Shown: positions 1 through 23,590, counted from the stretch's first letter. The stretch is 64,000 bases of DNA from Macrostomum lignano (GCA_002269645.1 NIVC01000592.1:124001-188000); one strand, 5' to 3'. The notes: generated by a model not told the origin, from the sequence alone. Numbers and translations: made by a program.

Positions 1-323
1 TCCGTTGGTACGCGTGAGAAGCGAGAGTGAGAGTGAGAAGAGAATAGATGGCACAGAGAGTCAGAAGTCACACAAATGCAGCTCATGGACACCTGAGACT
101 TGAAATCGCTGAGCTGTGGTGTGAAATTTCCAACCTGCAACTCTGCAATGGAGATGCGACAGCGTTGCTAGGAGCGGAGCCTCAAACACCGAGCAGGTCT
201 GTTTCATGTTTTCACGTTGTTCTCAATTTTCAGTTCGGTGCTTGCTCATGCAGATGAGCCGGGTAAGGTTTTGGAATGTCATGTATTTTCTCATTCTTCA
301 TATTTCTCTGCTAATAGTAATCT

Positions 324-1390
324 TCTGGCTCTGATCTGTGTCCTTCTGGCTCTGATCTGTGTCCTTCTGGCTCTGATCTGTGTCCTTCTGGCTCTGATCT
401 GTGTCCTTCTGGCTCTGATCTGTGTCCTTCTGGCTCTGATCTGTGTCCTTCTGGCTCTAATCTGTGTCCTTCTGGCTCTGATCTGTGTCCTTCTGGCTCT
501 GATCTGTGTCCTTCTGGCTCTAATCTGTGTCCTTCTGGCTCTGATCTGTGTCCCTCAGGCTCTGATCTGTGTCCCTCAGGCTCTGATCTGTGTCCCTCCG
601 GCTCTGATCTGTGTCCCTCAGGCTCTGATCTGTGTCCCTCAGGCTCTGATCTGTGTCCTTCTGGCTCTAATCTGTGTCCTTCTGGCTCTGATCTGTGTCC
701 CTCAGGCTCTGATCTGTGTCCCTCAGGCTCTGATCTGTGTCCCTCAGGCTCTGATCTGTGTCCCTCAGGCTCTGATCTGTGTCCCTCAGGCTCTGATCTG
801 TGTCCCTCAGGCTCTGATCTGTGTCCCTCAGGCTCTGATCTGTGTCCCTCAGGCTCTGATCTGTGTCCCTCAGGCTCTGATCTGTGTCCCTCAGGCTCTG
901 ATCTGTGTCCCTCAGGCTCTGATCTGTGTCCCTCAGGCTCTGATCTGTGTCCCTCAGGCTCTGATCTGTGTCCCTCAGGCTCTGATCTGTGTCCATCAGG
1001 CTCTGATCTGTGTCCCTCAGGCTCTGATCTGTGTCCCTCAGGCTCTGATCTGTGTCCCTCAGGCTCTGATCTGTGTCCCTCAGGCTCTGATTTGTGTCCC
1101 TCAAGCTCTGATCTGTGTCCCTCAGGCTCTGATTTGTGTCCCTCAGGCTCTGATCTGTGTCCCTCAGGCTCTGATCTGTGTCCCTCAGGCTCTGATCTGT
1201 GTCCCTCAGGCTCTGATCTGTGTCCCTCAGGCTCTGATCTGTGTCCCTCAGGCTCTGATCTGTGTCCCTCAGGCTCTGATCTGTGTTCCTCAGGCTCTGA
1301 TCTGTGCCCTTCAGGCTCTGATCTGTGTCCCTCAGGCTCTGATCTGTACCCCTCAGGCTCTGATCTGTACCCCTCAGGCTCTGATCTGTT
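324..1390. repeat. 21-bp minisatellite (GGCTCTGATCTGTGTCCCTCA)n, ~50 copies
   Basis: Direct reading; CTT-variant units at the left, CCT-variant units at the right. Confidence 0.95.
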
Positions 1391-1772
1391 GTCTGACACA
1401 GCTGCCTGACACAACTTTCTGACACAGCTGCCTGACACAACTTTCTGACACAGCTGTCTGACACAGTTTCCTGACATAGTCGGCTTACGCAGTTTTCAAG
1501 CGAAATTTTAATTCAGATCGGAAGTCAACAAGCATGCCAATTTCCATTGAAGGATTGTCAGTGATTGTTCGACAAAATCTCGAACCATCTCAACTCACTC
1601 GTTCTGTAGTCAGAGGATTCGAATTTTTTATAACAACAGCAATTGGAGCAAATTGTCAGTAAAGTTAATACCGAAAACTAATCACATGGTTGAGGTAAAG
1701 GAATCAAAAGAGGATCATAAAGGAGCAACAGAGGAACCAAAAGGTTTTTCAACAGCGGTCAGTTTGATCGAG

Positions 1773-11638
<9,866 letters not shown>

Positions 11639-11699
11639 TGGGAAGAAGTTGATGAAGGGACTGAGGCTGGAGGGAAGAGGGAAATGAAGGGAAGCAGTC

Positions 11700-12425
11700 A
11701 GGCCGAGGAGGCAGATGATGAGGAAATAAAGGGAGGTAGATGAGGAGGAGATGAAGGGAGGCAGATGAGAAAGAGATGAAGGGAGGCAGATGAGAAAGAG
11801 ATGAAGGGAGGCAGATGAGAAAGAGATGAAGGGAGGCAGATGAGAAGGAGATGAGAGGAGGCAGAGAAGAGGAGATTAAGGAGGCAGATGATGAGGAAAT
11901 AAAGGGAGGTAGATGAGGAGGAGATGAAGGGAGGCAGATGAGAAAGAGATGAAGTGAGGCAGATGAGAAGGAGATGAGAGGAGGCAGAGAAGAGGAGATG
12001 AAGGGAGGCAGATGAGAAGGAGATGAGAGGAGGCAGAGAAGAGGAGATTAAGGAGGCAGATGATGAGGAAATAAAGGGAGGTAGATGAGAAGGAGATGAG
12101 AGGAGGCAGAGAAGAGGAGATGAAGTGAGGCAGATGAGAAGGAGATGAGAGGAGGCAGAGAAGAGGAGATGAAGGGAGGCAGATGAGAAGGAGATGAGAG
12201 GAGGCAGAGAAGAGGAGATAAAGGGAGGCAGAAGAGAAGGAGATGAAGGGAGGCAGATGAGAAGGAGATGAAGGGAGGCAGATGAGAAGGAGATGAAGGG
12301 AGGCAGATGAGAAGGAGATGAAGGGAGGCAGAAGAGAAGGAGATGAAGGGAGGCAGATGAGAAGGAGATGAAGGGAGGCAGATGAGAAGGAGATGAAGGG
12401 AGGCAGATGAGAAGGAGATGAAGGG
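11700..12425. repeat. GA-rich ~27-bp minisatellite (GAGATGAAGGGAGGCAGATGAGAAG)
   Basis: Direct reading. Confidence 0.9.
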
Positions 12426-12844
12426 AGGGAAACTCGCGAGAGGAGAAGGGAGGTGTGCGCTAGCAGCCAAGCCGGCAGACATGGCTGGGAAGTCGTACAG
12501 AACTCCGCGCCAGCAAAGTGTAGCGAGGCGGCGTCTGACTGATCGCTTTTCTCTGTTCCTCGGCGAGTCGCCATTGAGGTGCTCGCGTGACCGGAGCGGC
12601 GCAGGGGAGGTCCTGCCGCCCCCGGGGGTCATCCGTTTGAATTCCTCCACCCCGCTATCAATGAATGATTCCACAGCGCTAACGAAAGCTTTGCAAGGTT
12701 CCGCATGCGAGCTCGGAGAAGATGATGGCAAAGTGAATGATTACATTTTTAGAAAGGAAGATCTGCTGAGCTCATGATTAGTTGATATTTTGTCTCCCTG
12801 AATATCGCAATTCAATTTGAATGTTCCGACTTCAGTTAGGATAT

Positions 12845-13375
12845 TCTAGATCTATGTCATACACACCTGTCTATTCTAGATCTATCTCACGCACACCTGT
12901 TCTATTCTAGATCTATCTCACGCACACCTGTTCTATTCTAGATCTATCACACACACACACCTGTTCTATTCTAGATCTATCTCACGCACACCTGTTCTAT
13001 TTTAGATCTATCTCACGCACATCTGTTCTATTCTAGATCTATCTCACACACACCTGTCTATTCTAGATCTATCACACACACACCTGTTCTATTCTAGATC
13101 TATCTCACGCATACCTGTTCTATTCTAGATCTATCTCACGCACACCTGTTCTATTCTAGATCTATCTCACGCATACCTGTTCTATTCTAGATCTATCTCA
13201 CGCACACCTGTTCTATTTTAGATCTATCTCACGCACACCTGTTCTTTTTTAGATCTATCTCACGCACATCTGTTCTATTCTAGATCTATCTCACGCACAC
13301 CTGTTCTATTCTAGATCTATCTCACGCACATCTGTTCTATTCTAGATCTATCTCACGCACACCTGTCTATTCTAT
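12845..13375. repeat. ~32-bp minisatellite (CTATTCTAGATCTATCTCACGCACACCTGTT)
   Basis: Direct reading. Confidence 0.92.
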
Positions 13376-14039
13376 CTCAGACTCAAAGCCAGCTGACATG
13401 AGAAATTGCTGCAGAAACCTGTGTTGTGTAACTCGGATTTCGTCGGGTTCTCAGCAATAAAAAATGCAACAGAGCCAGGGCAGGAAGACGAGGAAAAGAA
13501 GTTGAGAGTCAGAGCGGGGAGGGGCGGCTGAGCGAGTGGCTCCACCGCATCCGGGATGCAGCAGCAGCAGCGGCAGCAGCAGCCTGCAGAAAAAAAGCAG
13601 ATCGGAGCGCGACAAGCCGACCGTGTAATGACGCCAGCTCATTGAGTTTATCTTGCCTTCTCACTTTCCCCGACTCTCCGAAGCCCGCAGGCGACGGCGG
13701 CAGCCGGGGTATTGACCGGCCAGCCGCCCGCTTTGTAGGGGAGAATCCGGGAGTTTTGCCCAAGCAAGCGGCGGCTTGCCAGCAAGGAAACTGGAAGAAA
13801 AAGAAAGCGCCTACCAGAGGAGTGGGACGGACGAGATAATTCCTGCCTGTCAGCGCCTTGAGCGGCCTCCCTTGGGGCCATCGGCTGCGGCCAGAAATCA
13901 TTCCATGCAGGCCGGGCGGTCGGGGCGGCCTCCCCGACTGCTTTCTCTGGCAGCTGGAAACCCCGGCTAGCAACGAGGCCCGCTGCTTCTGCTGACCTGG
14001 AGCTCCGGCTTGCCATGAGCGGCTTCTGGTTAGCTCTGC

Positions 14040-15715
14040 GTCTCTTCTAGCTCTTGTGTCTCTTCTTCTAGCTCTTGTTTCTCTTCTTCTAGCTCCTGTG
14101 TCTCTTCTTTTAGCTCTTGTGTCTCTTCTTTTAGCTCTTGTGTCTCTTCTTCTAGCTCTTGTGTCTCTTCCTCTAGCTCCTGTGTCTCTTCTTCTAGCTC
14201 TTGTGTCTCTTCTTCTAGCTCTTGTGTCTCTTCCTCTAGCTCTTGTGTCTCTTCTTCCAGCTCTTGTGTCTCTTCTTCTAGCTCTTGTATCTCTTCTTCT
14301 AGCTCTTGTGTCTCTTCTTCTAGCTCTTGTATCTCTTCTTCTAGCTCTTGTGTCTCTTCTTCTAGCTCTTGTGTCTCTTTTAGATCTTGTGTCTCTTCTT
14401 CTAGCTCTTGTGTCTCTTCTTCTAGCTCTTGCGTCTCTTCTTCTAGCTCTTGTGTCTCTTCTTCCAGCTCTTGTGTCTCTTCTTCTAGCTCTTGTGTCTC
14501 TTCTTCTAGCTCTTGTGTCTCTTCTTCTAGCTCTTGTATCCCTTCTTCTAGCTCTTGTGTCTCTTCTTCTAGCTCTTGTGTCTCTTCTTCTAGCTCTTGT
14601 GTCTCTTCTTCTAGCTCTTGTGTCTCTTCTTCTAGCTCTTGTGTCTCTTCTTCTAGCTCTTGTGTCTCTTCTTCTAGCTCTTGTGTCTCTTCCTCTAGCT
14701 CCTGTGTCTCTTCTTCTAGCTCTTGTGTCTCTTCTTCTAGCTCTTGTGTCTCTTCCTCTAGCTCCTGTGTCTCTTCTTCTAGCTCTTGTATCCCTTCTTC
14801 TAGCTCTTGTGTCTCTTCTTCTAGCTCTTGTGTCTCTTCTTCTAGCTCTTGTGTCTCTTCTTCCAGCTCTTGTGTCTCTTCTTCCAGCTCTTGTGTCTCT
14901 TCTTCTAGATCTTGTGTCTCTTCTTCTAGCTCTTGTGTCTCTTCTTCTAGCTCTTGTGTCTCTTCTTCTAGCTCTTGTGTCTCTTCTTCTAGCTCTTGTG
15001 TCTCTTCTTCTAGATCTTGTGTCTCTTCTTCTAGATCTTGTGTCTCTTCTTCTAGCTCTTGTGTCTCTTCTTCTAGCTCTTGTGTCTCTTCTTCTAGCTC
15101 TTGTGTCTCTTCTTCTAGCTCTTGTGTCTCTTCTTCTAGCTCTTGTGTCTCTTCCTCTAGCTCCTGTGTCTCTTCTTCTAGCTCTTGTGTCTCTTCCTCT
15201 AGCTCCTGTGTCTCTTCTTCCAGCTTTTGTGTCTCTTCTTCTAGCTCTTGTATCTCTTCTTCTAGCTCTTGTGTCTCTTCTTCTAGCTCTTATGTCTCTT
15301 TTAGATCTTGTGTCTCTTCTTCTAGCTCTTGTGTCTCTTCTTCCAGCTCTTGTGTCTCTTCTTCTAGCTCTTGTGTCTCTTTTAGATCTTGTGTCTCTTC
15401 TTCTAGCTCTTGTGTCTCTTCTTCTAGCTCTTGTGTCTCTTCTTCCAGCTCTTGTGTCTCTTCTTCTAGCTCTTGTGTCTCTTTTAGATCTTGTGTCTCT
15501 TCTTCTAGCTCTTGTGTCTCTTCTTCTAGCTCTTGTGTCTCTTCTTCCAGCTCTTGTGTCTCTTCTTCTAGCTCTTGCGTCTCTTCTTCTAGCTCTTGTG
15601 TCTCTTCTTCTAGCTCTTGTGTCTCTTCTTCTAGCTCTTGTGTCTCTTCTTCTAGCTCTTGTGTCTCTTCTTCTAGCTCTTGTGTCTCTTCTTCTAGCTC
15701 TTGTGTCTCTTCTTG
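14040..15715. repeat. 21-bp minisatellite (TCTTCTTCTAGCTCTTGTGTC), ~80 copies
   Basis: Direct reading; includes 18-bp deletion variants. Confidence 0.95.
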
Positions 15716-15749
15716 TTCTCTTTTATGTCGGTCTCGCAACTCATTTCTC

Positions 15750-16115
15750 TTCCTCCCCTTATCTCTCTATCTCCCCTTATCTCTCTATCTCCCTTTATCA
15801 CTCTGTCTCCCCTTATCTTTCTCTATCTCCCCTTATCTCTCTATCTCCCCTTATCTCTCTATCTCCCCTTATCTCTCTATCTCCCCTTATCTCTCTATCT
15901 CCCCTTATCTCTCTATCTCCCCTTATCTCTCTATCTCCCCTTATCTCTCTGTCTCCCCTTATCTCTCTATCTCCCCTTATCTCTCTATCTCCCCTTATCT
16001 CTCTATCTCCCCTTATCTCTCTATCTCCCCTTATCTCTCTATCTCCCCTTATCTCTCTATCTCCCCTTATCTCTCTATCTCCCCTTATCTCTCTATCTCC
16101 CCTTATCTCTCTGTC
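15750..16115. repeat. 18-bp minisatellite (CCCCTTATCTCTCTATCT)
   Basis: Direct reading. Confidence 0.92.
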
Positions 16116-16544
16116 TCCTCACCTCTAATTTTGCGGCGAGGCGGTGACTATCAGAATTATTTAACAGTCGATATCTTGGATCGTCTCGCAGTCGCTCGGG
16201 GGATAATTCTCCCCAACCGCCCGCTGCTAAAGTGATTATTCTGCGCCCGCTGCCTGGCGTCTGGCCGCCATCGACCAGTGCAGATAAAAATCTTTGCCGG
16301 GCACGAGACGCCCAGTTGAAAATAAATGAGAGATGAGTTACTCGTCCGGTTGACGCCCCCGAGCCATCGTTTGACGAGGCCAGTTCGGGGTCGATGGGGA
16401 CTTTATATTGAGCAAGCCGCTGCAGATCTATGAGTAAATGGATAACGTACTACTAAACCAGTTTAATTGGTTCACGGAATATAGGGCGTCTTTGGATCCT
16501 TCTCGAGGACAATTCGAGGAGGTTGTTTGGAGGTGTTCGTCAGA

Positions 16545-17885
16545 GAGGTGTCTTTAAGAGAGGTGTCTTTTACAGAGGTTTTTTTAGAGAGGTGTCATTC
16601 ATAGAGGTGTCTTTTCACGGAGGTATCTTTCCGAGAGGTGTCCTTTTATAGGGATGTCTTTCAGAGAGGTGTCTTTCAGAGAGGTGTCTTTCAAGAGAGG
16701 TGTCTTTTAAGAGGGGTTTCTTAAGAGAGGTGGCTTTCAGAGAGGTGGCTTTCAGAGAGGTGACTTTCAGAGAGGGGTCTTTTAACAGAGGTGTCTTTTA
16801 AGAGGGGTGTCTTAAGAGAGGTGGCTTTCAGAGAGGTGGCTTTCAGAGAGGTGACTTTCAGAGAGCTGTCTTTCAGAGAGGGGTCTTTTAACAGAGGTGT
16901 CTTTTAAGAGAAGTGTCTTTCAAGAAAGGTGTCTTTCAGAGAGATGTCTTTAAAGAGAGGTGTGTTTTAAGAGAGGTGTCTTTTAAGAGGGGTGTCTTAA
17001 GAGAGATGTCTTTTAAGAGAGGTGTCTTTTAAGAGGGGTGTCTTAAGAGAGGTGTCTTTTAAGAGGGGTGTCTTAAGAGAGGTGTGTTTTAAGAGGGGTG
17101 TCTTTTAAGAGGGGTGTCTTAAGAGAGGTGTCTTTTAAGAGGGGTGTCTTAAGAGAGGTGTGTTTTAGGAGAGATGTCTTTTAAGAGGGGTGTCTTTTAA
17201 GAGGGGTGTCTTAAGAGAGGTGTCTTTTAAGAGGGGTGTCTTAAGAGAGGTGTCTTTTAAGAGAGGGGTCTTTTAACAGAGGTGTCTTTTAAGAGAAGTG
17301 TCTTTCAAGAAAGGTGTCTTTCAGAGAGATGTCTTTAAAGAGAGGTGTGTTTTAAGAGAGGTGTCTTTTAAGAGGGGTGTCTTAAGAGAAGTGTCTTTCA
17401 AGAAAGGTGTCTTTCAGAGAGATGTCTTTATAGAGAGGTGTGTTTTAAGAGAGGTGTCTTTTAAGAGGGGTGTCTTAAGAGAGATGTCTTTTAAGAGGAG
17501 TGTCTTTTAAGAGGGGTGTCTTAAGAGAGGTGTCTTTTAAGAGGGGTGTCTTAAGAGAGGTGTCTTTTAAGAGAGGTGTCTTTTAAGAGGGGTGTCTTTA
17601 AGAGAGGTGGCTTTCAGAGAGGGGTCTTTTAACAGAGGTGTTTTGAGGGGTCTTTTAACAGAGGTGTCTTTTAAGAGAGGTGTCTTTCAGAGGGGTGTCT
17701 TTTAAGAGGGGTGTCTTAAGAGAGGTGTCTTTTAAGAGAGGTGTCTTTTAAGAGGGGTGTCTTTAAGAGAGGTGGCTTTCAGAGAGGGGTCTTTTAACAG
17801 AGGTGTTTTGAGGGGTCTTTTAACAGAGGTGTCTTTTAAGAGAGGTGTCTTTCAGAGGGGTGTCTTTCAGAGGGGTGTCTTTCAT
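16545..17885. repeat. Degenerate 15-18-bp minisatellite (AGAGAGGTGTCTTTTAAG)
   Basis: Direct reading. Confidence 0.9.
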
Positions 17886-20129
17886 GGAAGTGCCCTTCAA
17901 AGTGGGGAAGTCTTTCAGGATGTCATACAGAGCGGTGTCTCAGTGAGCGCGGCAGCCATTGCATAGCTGTTGAAACGCTAGACATGAACAGACAGGGCTG
18001 GCAGTTGTCAACTCAAGCCCTCTTAGCGGGAGGTAATTGGCACTGACTGATCCGCCTTGTCTGCGTAATAAAAATACCAAAAACTACTCAGCTGACAAAT
18101 TCACGCCATCACTTTGAGTCCGCATATTCCCGGTCAAGCCAGATAGAGTTTTCAAGTTCCAGTGATTGAGGGCTTAACTCGAGCAGCGCTCAACAAGAGA
18201 GCCAAGCGGCTTAGCCGCCGGCCCAGCGCGCTCTCCCCGTTTTTTAGCTGCAAATCCGTTTGCGGGGAGGGGGCTTAGCCCGAGTCCTGATCTTTTGCCG
18301 CCCCTAATTAATGAGGTTAGAGTCGAGTCGCTGCCAGCCACTTCGTCTCTCCTGCCCCCCCCCCCCCGACCACCCCAAGCTGGCAATCCTCAGCAATCTT
18401 AACTCTTCCGTTTTTCTCACAACTCTGCTTGCAGCGGGGGTCGCATCGGTGAAATTCTGTTGTTGCCGAAGTCACTGCGATGGGAGGAAGGAGAGAAAGA
18501 GAGGGGGAAGGGGGAAGGGGGCAGAGCCTGGCATTTTCCCACGGCAACAACGAGTTGAGACGGTCCGGCACTAATGCGCTTAGCATTCGGGGATGGGGGA
18601 TTTGGAGCAGGCGGAGAGCAAATGCCGGCCATTTAATGCAAACAGGAGCCCAGAGCAAGATCATCTGAAGTTTCCTGCCTCTTTTCGGTGACGTTTTCCG
18701 CATCAACTGCTGGCGACAGTCAAGTAAGAGAAGAAGAAAGTGCAAAAGCAACACGACCGAGGGGAGGCATTTGGATTGTGCGCAGACTGCTAGCTTCATT
18801 CAGAGAAGACTTGGAATGGGTGTGCGGAGTTGGGGTGGGTGTGCGGAGTTGGGGTGGGTGTGCAGAGTTGGGGTGGGTGCGCGGGGTTGGGATGGTTGTA
18901 CAGAGTTGGGGTGGGTGTGCGGAGTTGGGTGGGTGTGCAGAGTTGGGTTGGGTTGCAGAGTTGGGGTGTGTGTATGGAGATGGGGTGGGTGTGCAGATTT
19001 AGGGCGGTTGTGCGAAGTTGGGGTGGGCGTGTGAAAATAAAGCGAGTGGGCAGAGTTGAATGGTGGCTCGCACTAACAGTAGAATTGGCCTAACTTACCA
19101 AACGCCCAGGAGATGCCTATACCTACAAATGTTGGTACATTTTACGTGTGTTTTTCTAGTTGATAATTGATCTGAGAGCGATTTTAACGCTGTACGGTTC
19201 AAACTCTGCGTGCACGATCGGCACTGCATTGGTCAGGGTGCGTGTTTCCAGTACTATTTTCCTTCCTGCGATGCAACCGCGCCCCAACCCCAAAACATGT
19301 AGTAGCAGGGAGCGGTCACGATTGCCCGTGTAAGCAGTAGAACAGCGGTATAGCAGAGTTTCCGACTCATGGCTGGAGGGGCTGCAGCTGCAGGGGGTTC
19401 CAGAATACAAAAGGAATCTGCAAGTGCTGCGGGTGGAGGGAGAGAAGACAGCTGCAGACAGTGGCAGGCAAGTTTGCCACCTCTTCTGCTCCTCCCACTG
19501 TCCGCCTTAGCGGCCTTTGTATTCAGCGCGGGTCTAATGAAGCACGATTAATTAGGCATGTGCGGATGGCAGTCTCTGCAGCTTCTTCAGCATCATCATC
19601 AACGTCTTCATCGCACCACACTGCAGTTGGACTTCTTTTTCCGCTCTCCCAAGCAATTAGGCGCAAAGAGCAGCGGCAGTGCCAATAGCAGGCAGCCACG
19701 CAGCTCATTAGAGATGCATTTCTAAGAAAAAGTGGCAAATACAGAAGTACCAAAGGGGTGGCGAATTTTTGAACTGTACAAAACATTTCAGACGCGACAC
19801 TCACTTTTCCAAACGACAAGAAGCAGCAGCAGAGAAAGCAGAGTCTGCAACAATGTTGGCAGCATTTTCTTTTAAAGACCTGAATTAGGATTAGCTGTGG
19901 TTTGAAATTTACCGACTGATCCAGAGCCGGGTCAGGGGTAGCATCTCTGCATCGCCTTGCAGTTCAAGTAATAGAGACGGGGCTGGGCCACCGGCCTGCG
20001 ATTGGCTGAGCACTCCGGCCCAGGTCCTGTGGGCTGCTTTCAGGTGCGAGAATTCCATTGGATTCAGCGGAGAGCGGGGCTGCTTATATACTATGCTTTT
20101 CATCTGCACGAGGCGCTGGAATGGATTGC

Positions 20130-20815
20130 TAATCTAGCCAGTCTTGGATGCAGGAATAGAGTGGATTGCTAATCTAGCCAGTCTTGGATGCAGGAATAGA
20201 AGGGATTGCTAATCTAGCCTATCATGGATGCAGGAATAGAATGGATTGCTAATCTATCATGGGTGCAGGAATAGAATGGATTGCTAATCTAGCCTATCAT
20301 GGGTGCAGGAATACACTGGATTGCTAATCTAGCCTACCATGGATGCAGGAATAGAATGGATTGCTAATCTAGCCTATCATGGATGCAGGAATAGAATGGA
20401 TTGCTAATCTATCATGGGTGCAGGAATAGAATGGATTGCTAATCTAGCCTATCACGGGTGCAGGAATAGAATGGATTGCTAATCTAGCCTATCACGGGTG
20501 CAGGAATAGAATGGATTGCTAATCTAGCCTATCATGGGTGCAGGAATAGAATGGATTGCTAATCTAGCCTATCATGGGTGCAGGAATAGAATGGATTGCT
20601 AATCTAGCCAGTCTTGGATGCAGGAATAGAATGGATTGCTAATCTAGCCAGCATCATGGATGATGGATTAGAATGGATTGCTAATCTAGCCTGCATCATG
20701 GATGAAGGATTAGAATGGATTGCTAATCTAGCCAGTCTTGGATGCAGGAATAGAATGGATTGCTAATCTAGCCTATCATGGGTGCAGGAAGAGAAGGGAT
20801 TGCTAATCTAGCTAT
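20130..20815. repeat. 40-bp minisatellite (CATGGATGCAGGAATAGAATGGATTGCTAATCTAGCCTAT) related to the MITE terminus at 3731
   Basis: 32 of the first 36 nt match the MITE TIR. Confidence 0.9.
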
Positions 20816-20834
20816 CAATGGAAAAGGAAGAAAA

Positions 20835-21139
20835 GGGGGTTGTAGCTTGTTGATTAGAGTGTCGGACTCACGACTGTAAGGTCGGGAGTTCGATTCACCA
20901 CCCACTCGTAACAATGTGTCCTTGTGCAGGACACTTAACTCTGCATTGCTACAGTTCAACCAGCTGTAAAATGGGTGCCAGCATTAGCTGGGGTAATTCA
21001 GGGTGTGTGGCGACCCTCCCCAGTCCTTGGACTGAACAGCCGTACGCAGCCTTCAGATGCGCTGCGCAATGGCTGCGGCTGAGCTGTCGGTTGCACATCT
21101 GGCCATTAGGACAGGTGTAATCAATTATTATTATTATTA
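20835..21139 (+). mobile_element. tRNA-derived CORE-type SINE
   Basis: tRNA-like head with A box (GTAGCTTGTTGATTAG) and B box (GGAGTTCGATTC); CORE-like block TGTGTCCTTG..GACACTTAAC...CTGTAAAATGGG; (ATT)n tail. A second copy is inverted at 56908-57240. Confidence 0.8.
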
Positions 21140-21684
21140 ATCTAGCTAATAAGGATACAAGATTGAGGAACGAACAAAGGGGACAGCCAGATTAACCGTC
21201 TAGGGGAAGAACTCTGGCTGGCTCCGGGGAATTGAAGTGCCATGTTGTTTCTCTCCGAACATTTCTCTCTTCCGAAGTTCAGGACTGCTCTGACTGAGTG
21301 AGAAGCGCGCCAGCCAGCCTCGCAGTGAATGGCTTCAGCCAGCTCATCATCGCTGCTAGCATAGCTATGCACTCAAATTCCGCGCAATAGCCAAACCAAC
21401 GCAGCATCAATCCTTCATCAACTCTCACCTAGCCAGACGCGCTCAAGCCCCTAGGGCCCTGAGTCAACAAGGCCGAATGCCAAAGTTTGCAGGACCGTGG
21501 GAAATCCATCCCCAGCTCGCCCTCAGCCGCCCGCCGACTTGGCAGATTGGGAAGACGGCAAGGGGGCCAGAGTGAAGTGGGTGTAATTTCACGCCTCGGG
21601 ACTCCAGTGCGAACTCCGTGTTGACATTGCAAGGTGTTGCTGGCACGGCGCCCCCCGAAATAACATATGTAGGATCCAGATTGG

Positions 21685-23590
21685 CTCTGGTGTCTAACAG
21701 ATGGTCCCAGTGTCTAACAGATGGTCCCGGTGTCTAACAGATTGGTCCCGGTGTCCAAAGATTGGTCCTGGTGTCTAACAGATGGTCCCAGTGTCTAACA
21801 GATGGTCCCGGTGTCTAACAGATTGGTCCCGGTGTCCAAAGATTGGTCCTGGTGTCTAACAGATTGGGGCTCCGGTGTCTAACAGATTGGTCCTGGTGTC
21901 TAACAGATTGGGGCTCCGGTGTCTAACAGATTGGCCCCGGTGTCCAACGGATCGGGGCTCCGGTGTCTAACAGATTGGCCCCGGTGTCCAACAGATTGGG
22001 GCTCTCGTGTCTAACAGATTGGTCCCGGTGTCTAACAGATTGGTCCCGGTGTCTAACAGATTGGTCCCGGTGTCTAACAGATTGGGGCTCTCGTGTCTAA
22101 CAGATTGGTCCCGGTGTCTAACAGATTGGGGCTCTCGTGTCTAACAGATTGGTCCCGGTGTCTAACAGATTTGTACCGATGTCTAAAAGATTGGTCCCGG
22201 TGTCTAACAGATTGGGGCTCTCGTGTCTAACAGATTGGCTCCGGTGTCTAACAGATTTGTCCCGGTGTCTAACAGATTTGTACCGATGTCTAACAGATTG
22301 GCTCCGGTGTCTAACAGATTGGTCTCGGTGTCTAACAGATTGGTCCAGGTGTCTAACAGATTGAGGCTCCGGTGTCTAACAGATTGGCTCCGGTGTCTAA
22401 CAGATTGGGGCTCCGGTGTCTAACAGATTGGCTCCGGTGTCTAACAGATTGGTCCCGGTGTCTAACAGATTGGGGCTCCGGTGTCTAACAGATTGGTCCC
22501 GGTGTCTAACAGATTGGGGCTCTCGTGTCTAACAGATTGGTCCCGGTGTCTAACAGATTTGTCCCGGTGTCTAACAGATTTGTACCGATGTCTAAAAGAT
22601 TGAGGCTCCGGTGTCTAACAGATTGGCTCCGGTGTCTAACAGATTGGGGCTCCGCTGTCTAACAGATTGGCTCCGGTGTCTAACAGATTGGTCCCGGTGT
22701 CTAACAGATTGGTCCCGGTGTCTAACAGATTGGTCCCGGTGTCTAACAGATTGGGGCTCCGGTGTCTAACAGATTGGTCCCGGTGTCTAACAGATTGGGG
22801 CTCTCGTGTCTAACAGATTGGTCCCGGTGTCTAACAGATTTGTCCCGGTGTCTAACAGATTTGTACCGATGTCTAAAAGATTGGTCCCGGTGTCTAACAG
22901 ATTGGGGCTCTCGTGTCTAACAGATTGGTCCCGGTGTCTAACAGATTGAGGCTCCGGTGTCTAACAGATTGGGGCTCTCGTGTCTAACAGATTGGTCCCG
23001 GTGTCTAACAGATTGAGGCTCCGGTGTCTAACAGATTGGCTCCGGTGTCTAACAGATTGGGGCTCCGGTGTCTAACAGATTGGCTCCGGTGTCTAACAGA
23101 TTGGTCTCGGTGTCTAACAGATTGGCGCTCTCGTATCTAACAGATTGGTCCCGGTGTCTAACAGATTTGTACCGATGTCTAAAAGATTGGTCCCGGTGTC
23201 TAACAGATTGGTCCCGGTGTCTAACAGATTGGTCCCGGTGTCTAACAGATTGGTCCCGGTGTCTAACAGATTGGGGCTCCGGTGTCTAACAGATTGGTCC
23301 CGGTGTCTAACAGATTGGTCCCGGTGTCTAACAGATTGAGGCTCCGGTGTCTAACAGATTGGCTCCGGTGTCTAACAGATTGGGGCTCCGGTGTCTAACA
23401 GATTGGCTCCGGTGTCTAACAGATTGGGGCTCCGGTGTCTAACAGATTGGCTCCGGTGTCTAACAGATTGGGGCTCTCATATCTAACAGATTGGTCCCGG
23501 TGTCTAACAGATTTGTCCCAGTGTCTAACAGATTTGTACCGATGTCTAACAGATTGGTCTCGGTGTCTAACAGATTGGCCCCGGTGTTTA
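21685..23590. repeat. 21-23-bp minisatellite (GGTGTCTAACAGATTGGTCCC), ~1.9 kb
   Basis: Direct reading. Confidence 0.95.

Noticed and set aside
48-270. Possible plus-strand exons at the window start
   Set aside because: Splice-like sites are present, but there is no recognisable product or continuation.
217-1477. Long ORFs on both strands (401, 388, 265 aa)
   Set aside because: They are translations of the 21-bp tandem repeat, with no unique domain.
12470-13642. Candidate upstream exons or signal peptide of the GPI protein (12470-12730; MSWRHY...LLLPLLLLHPG at 13642)
   Set aside because: No convincing donor or phase link could be established by eye.
14040-16128. 690-aa Leu-rich ORF, and a possible (TQELEEE)n heptad coiled coil on the minus strand
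   Set aside because: The unit length is a multiple of 3, so open frames are expected. The minus frame has an internal TAA (~15290) and no convincing splice sites, and the repeat looks amplified from the flanking sequence.
20835-20910. tRNA gene (also at ~57165-57240)
   Set aside because: The cloverleaf is degenerate and is followed by a CORE body and simple-repeat tail, so it is a SINE head.
21685-23590. CRISPR-like array, considered for this and the other minisatellites
   Set aside because: There are no unique spacers and no cas genes, and the context is eukaryotic.
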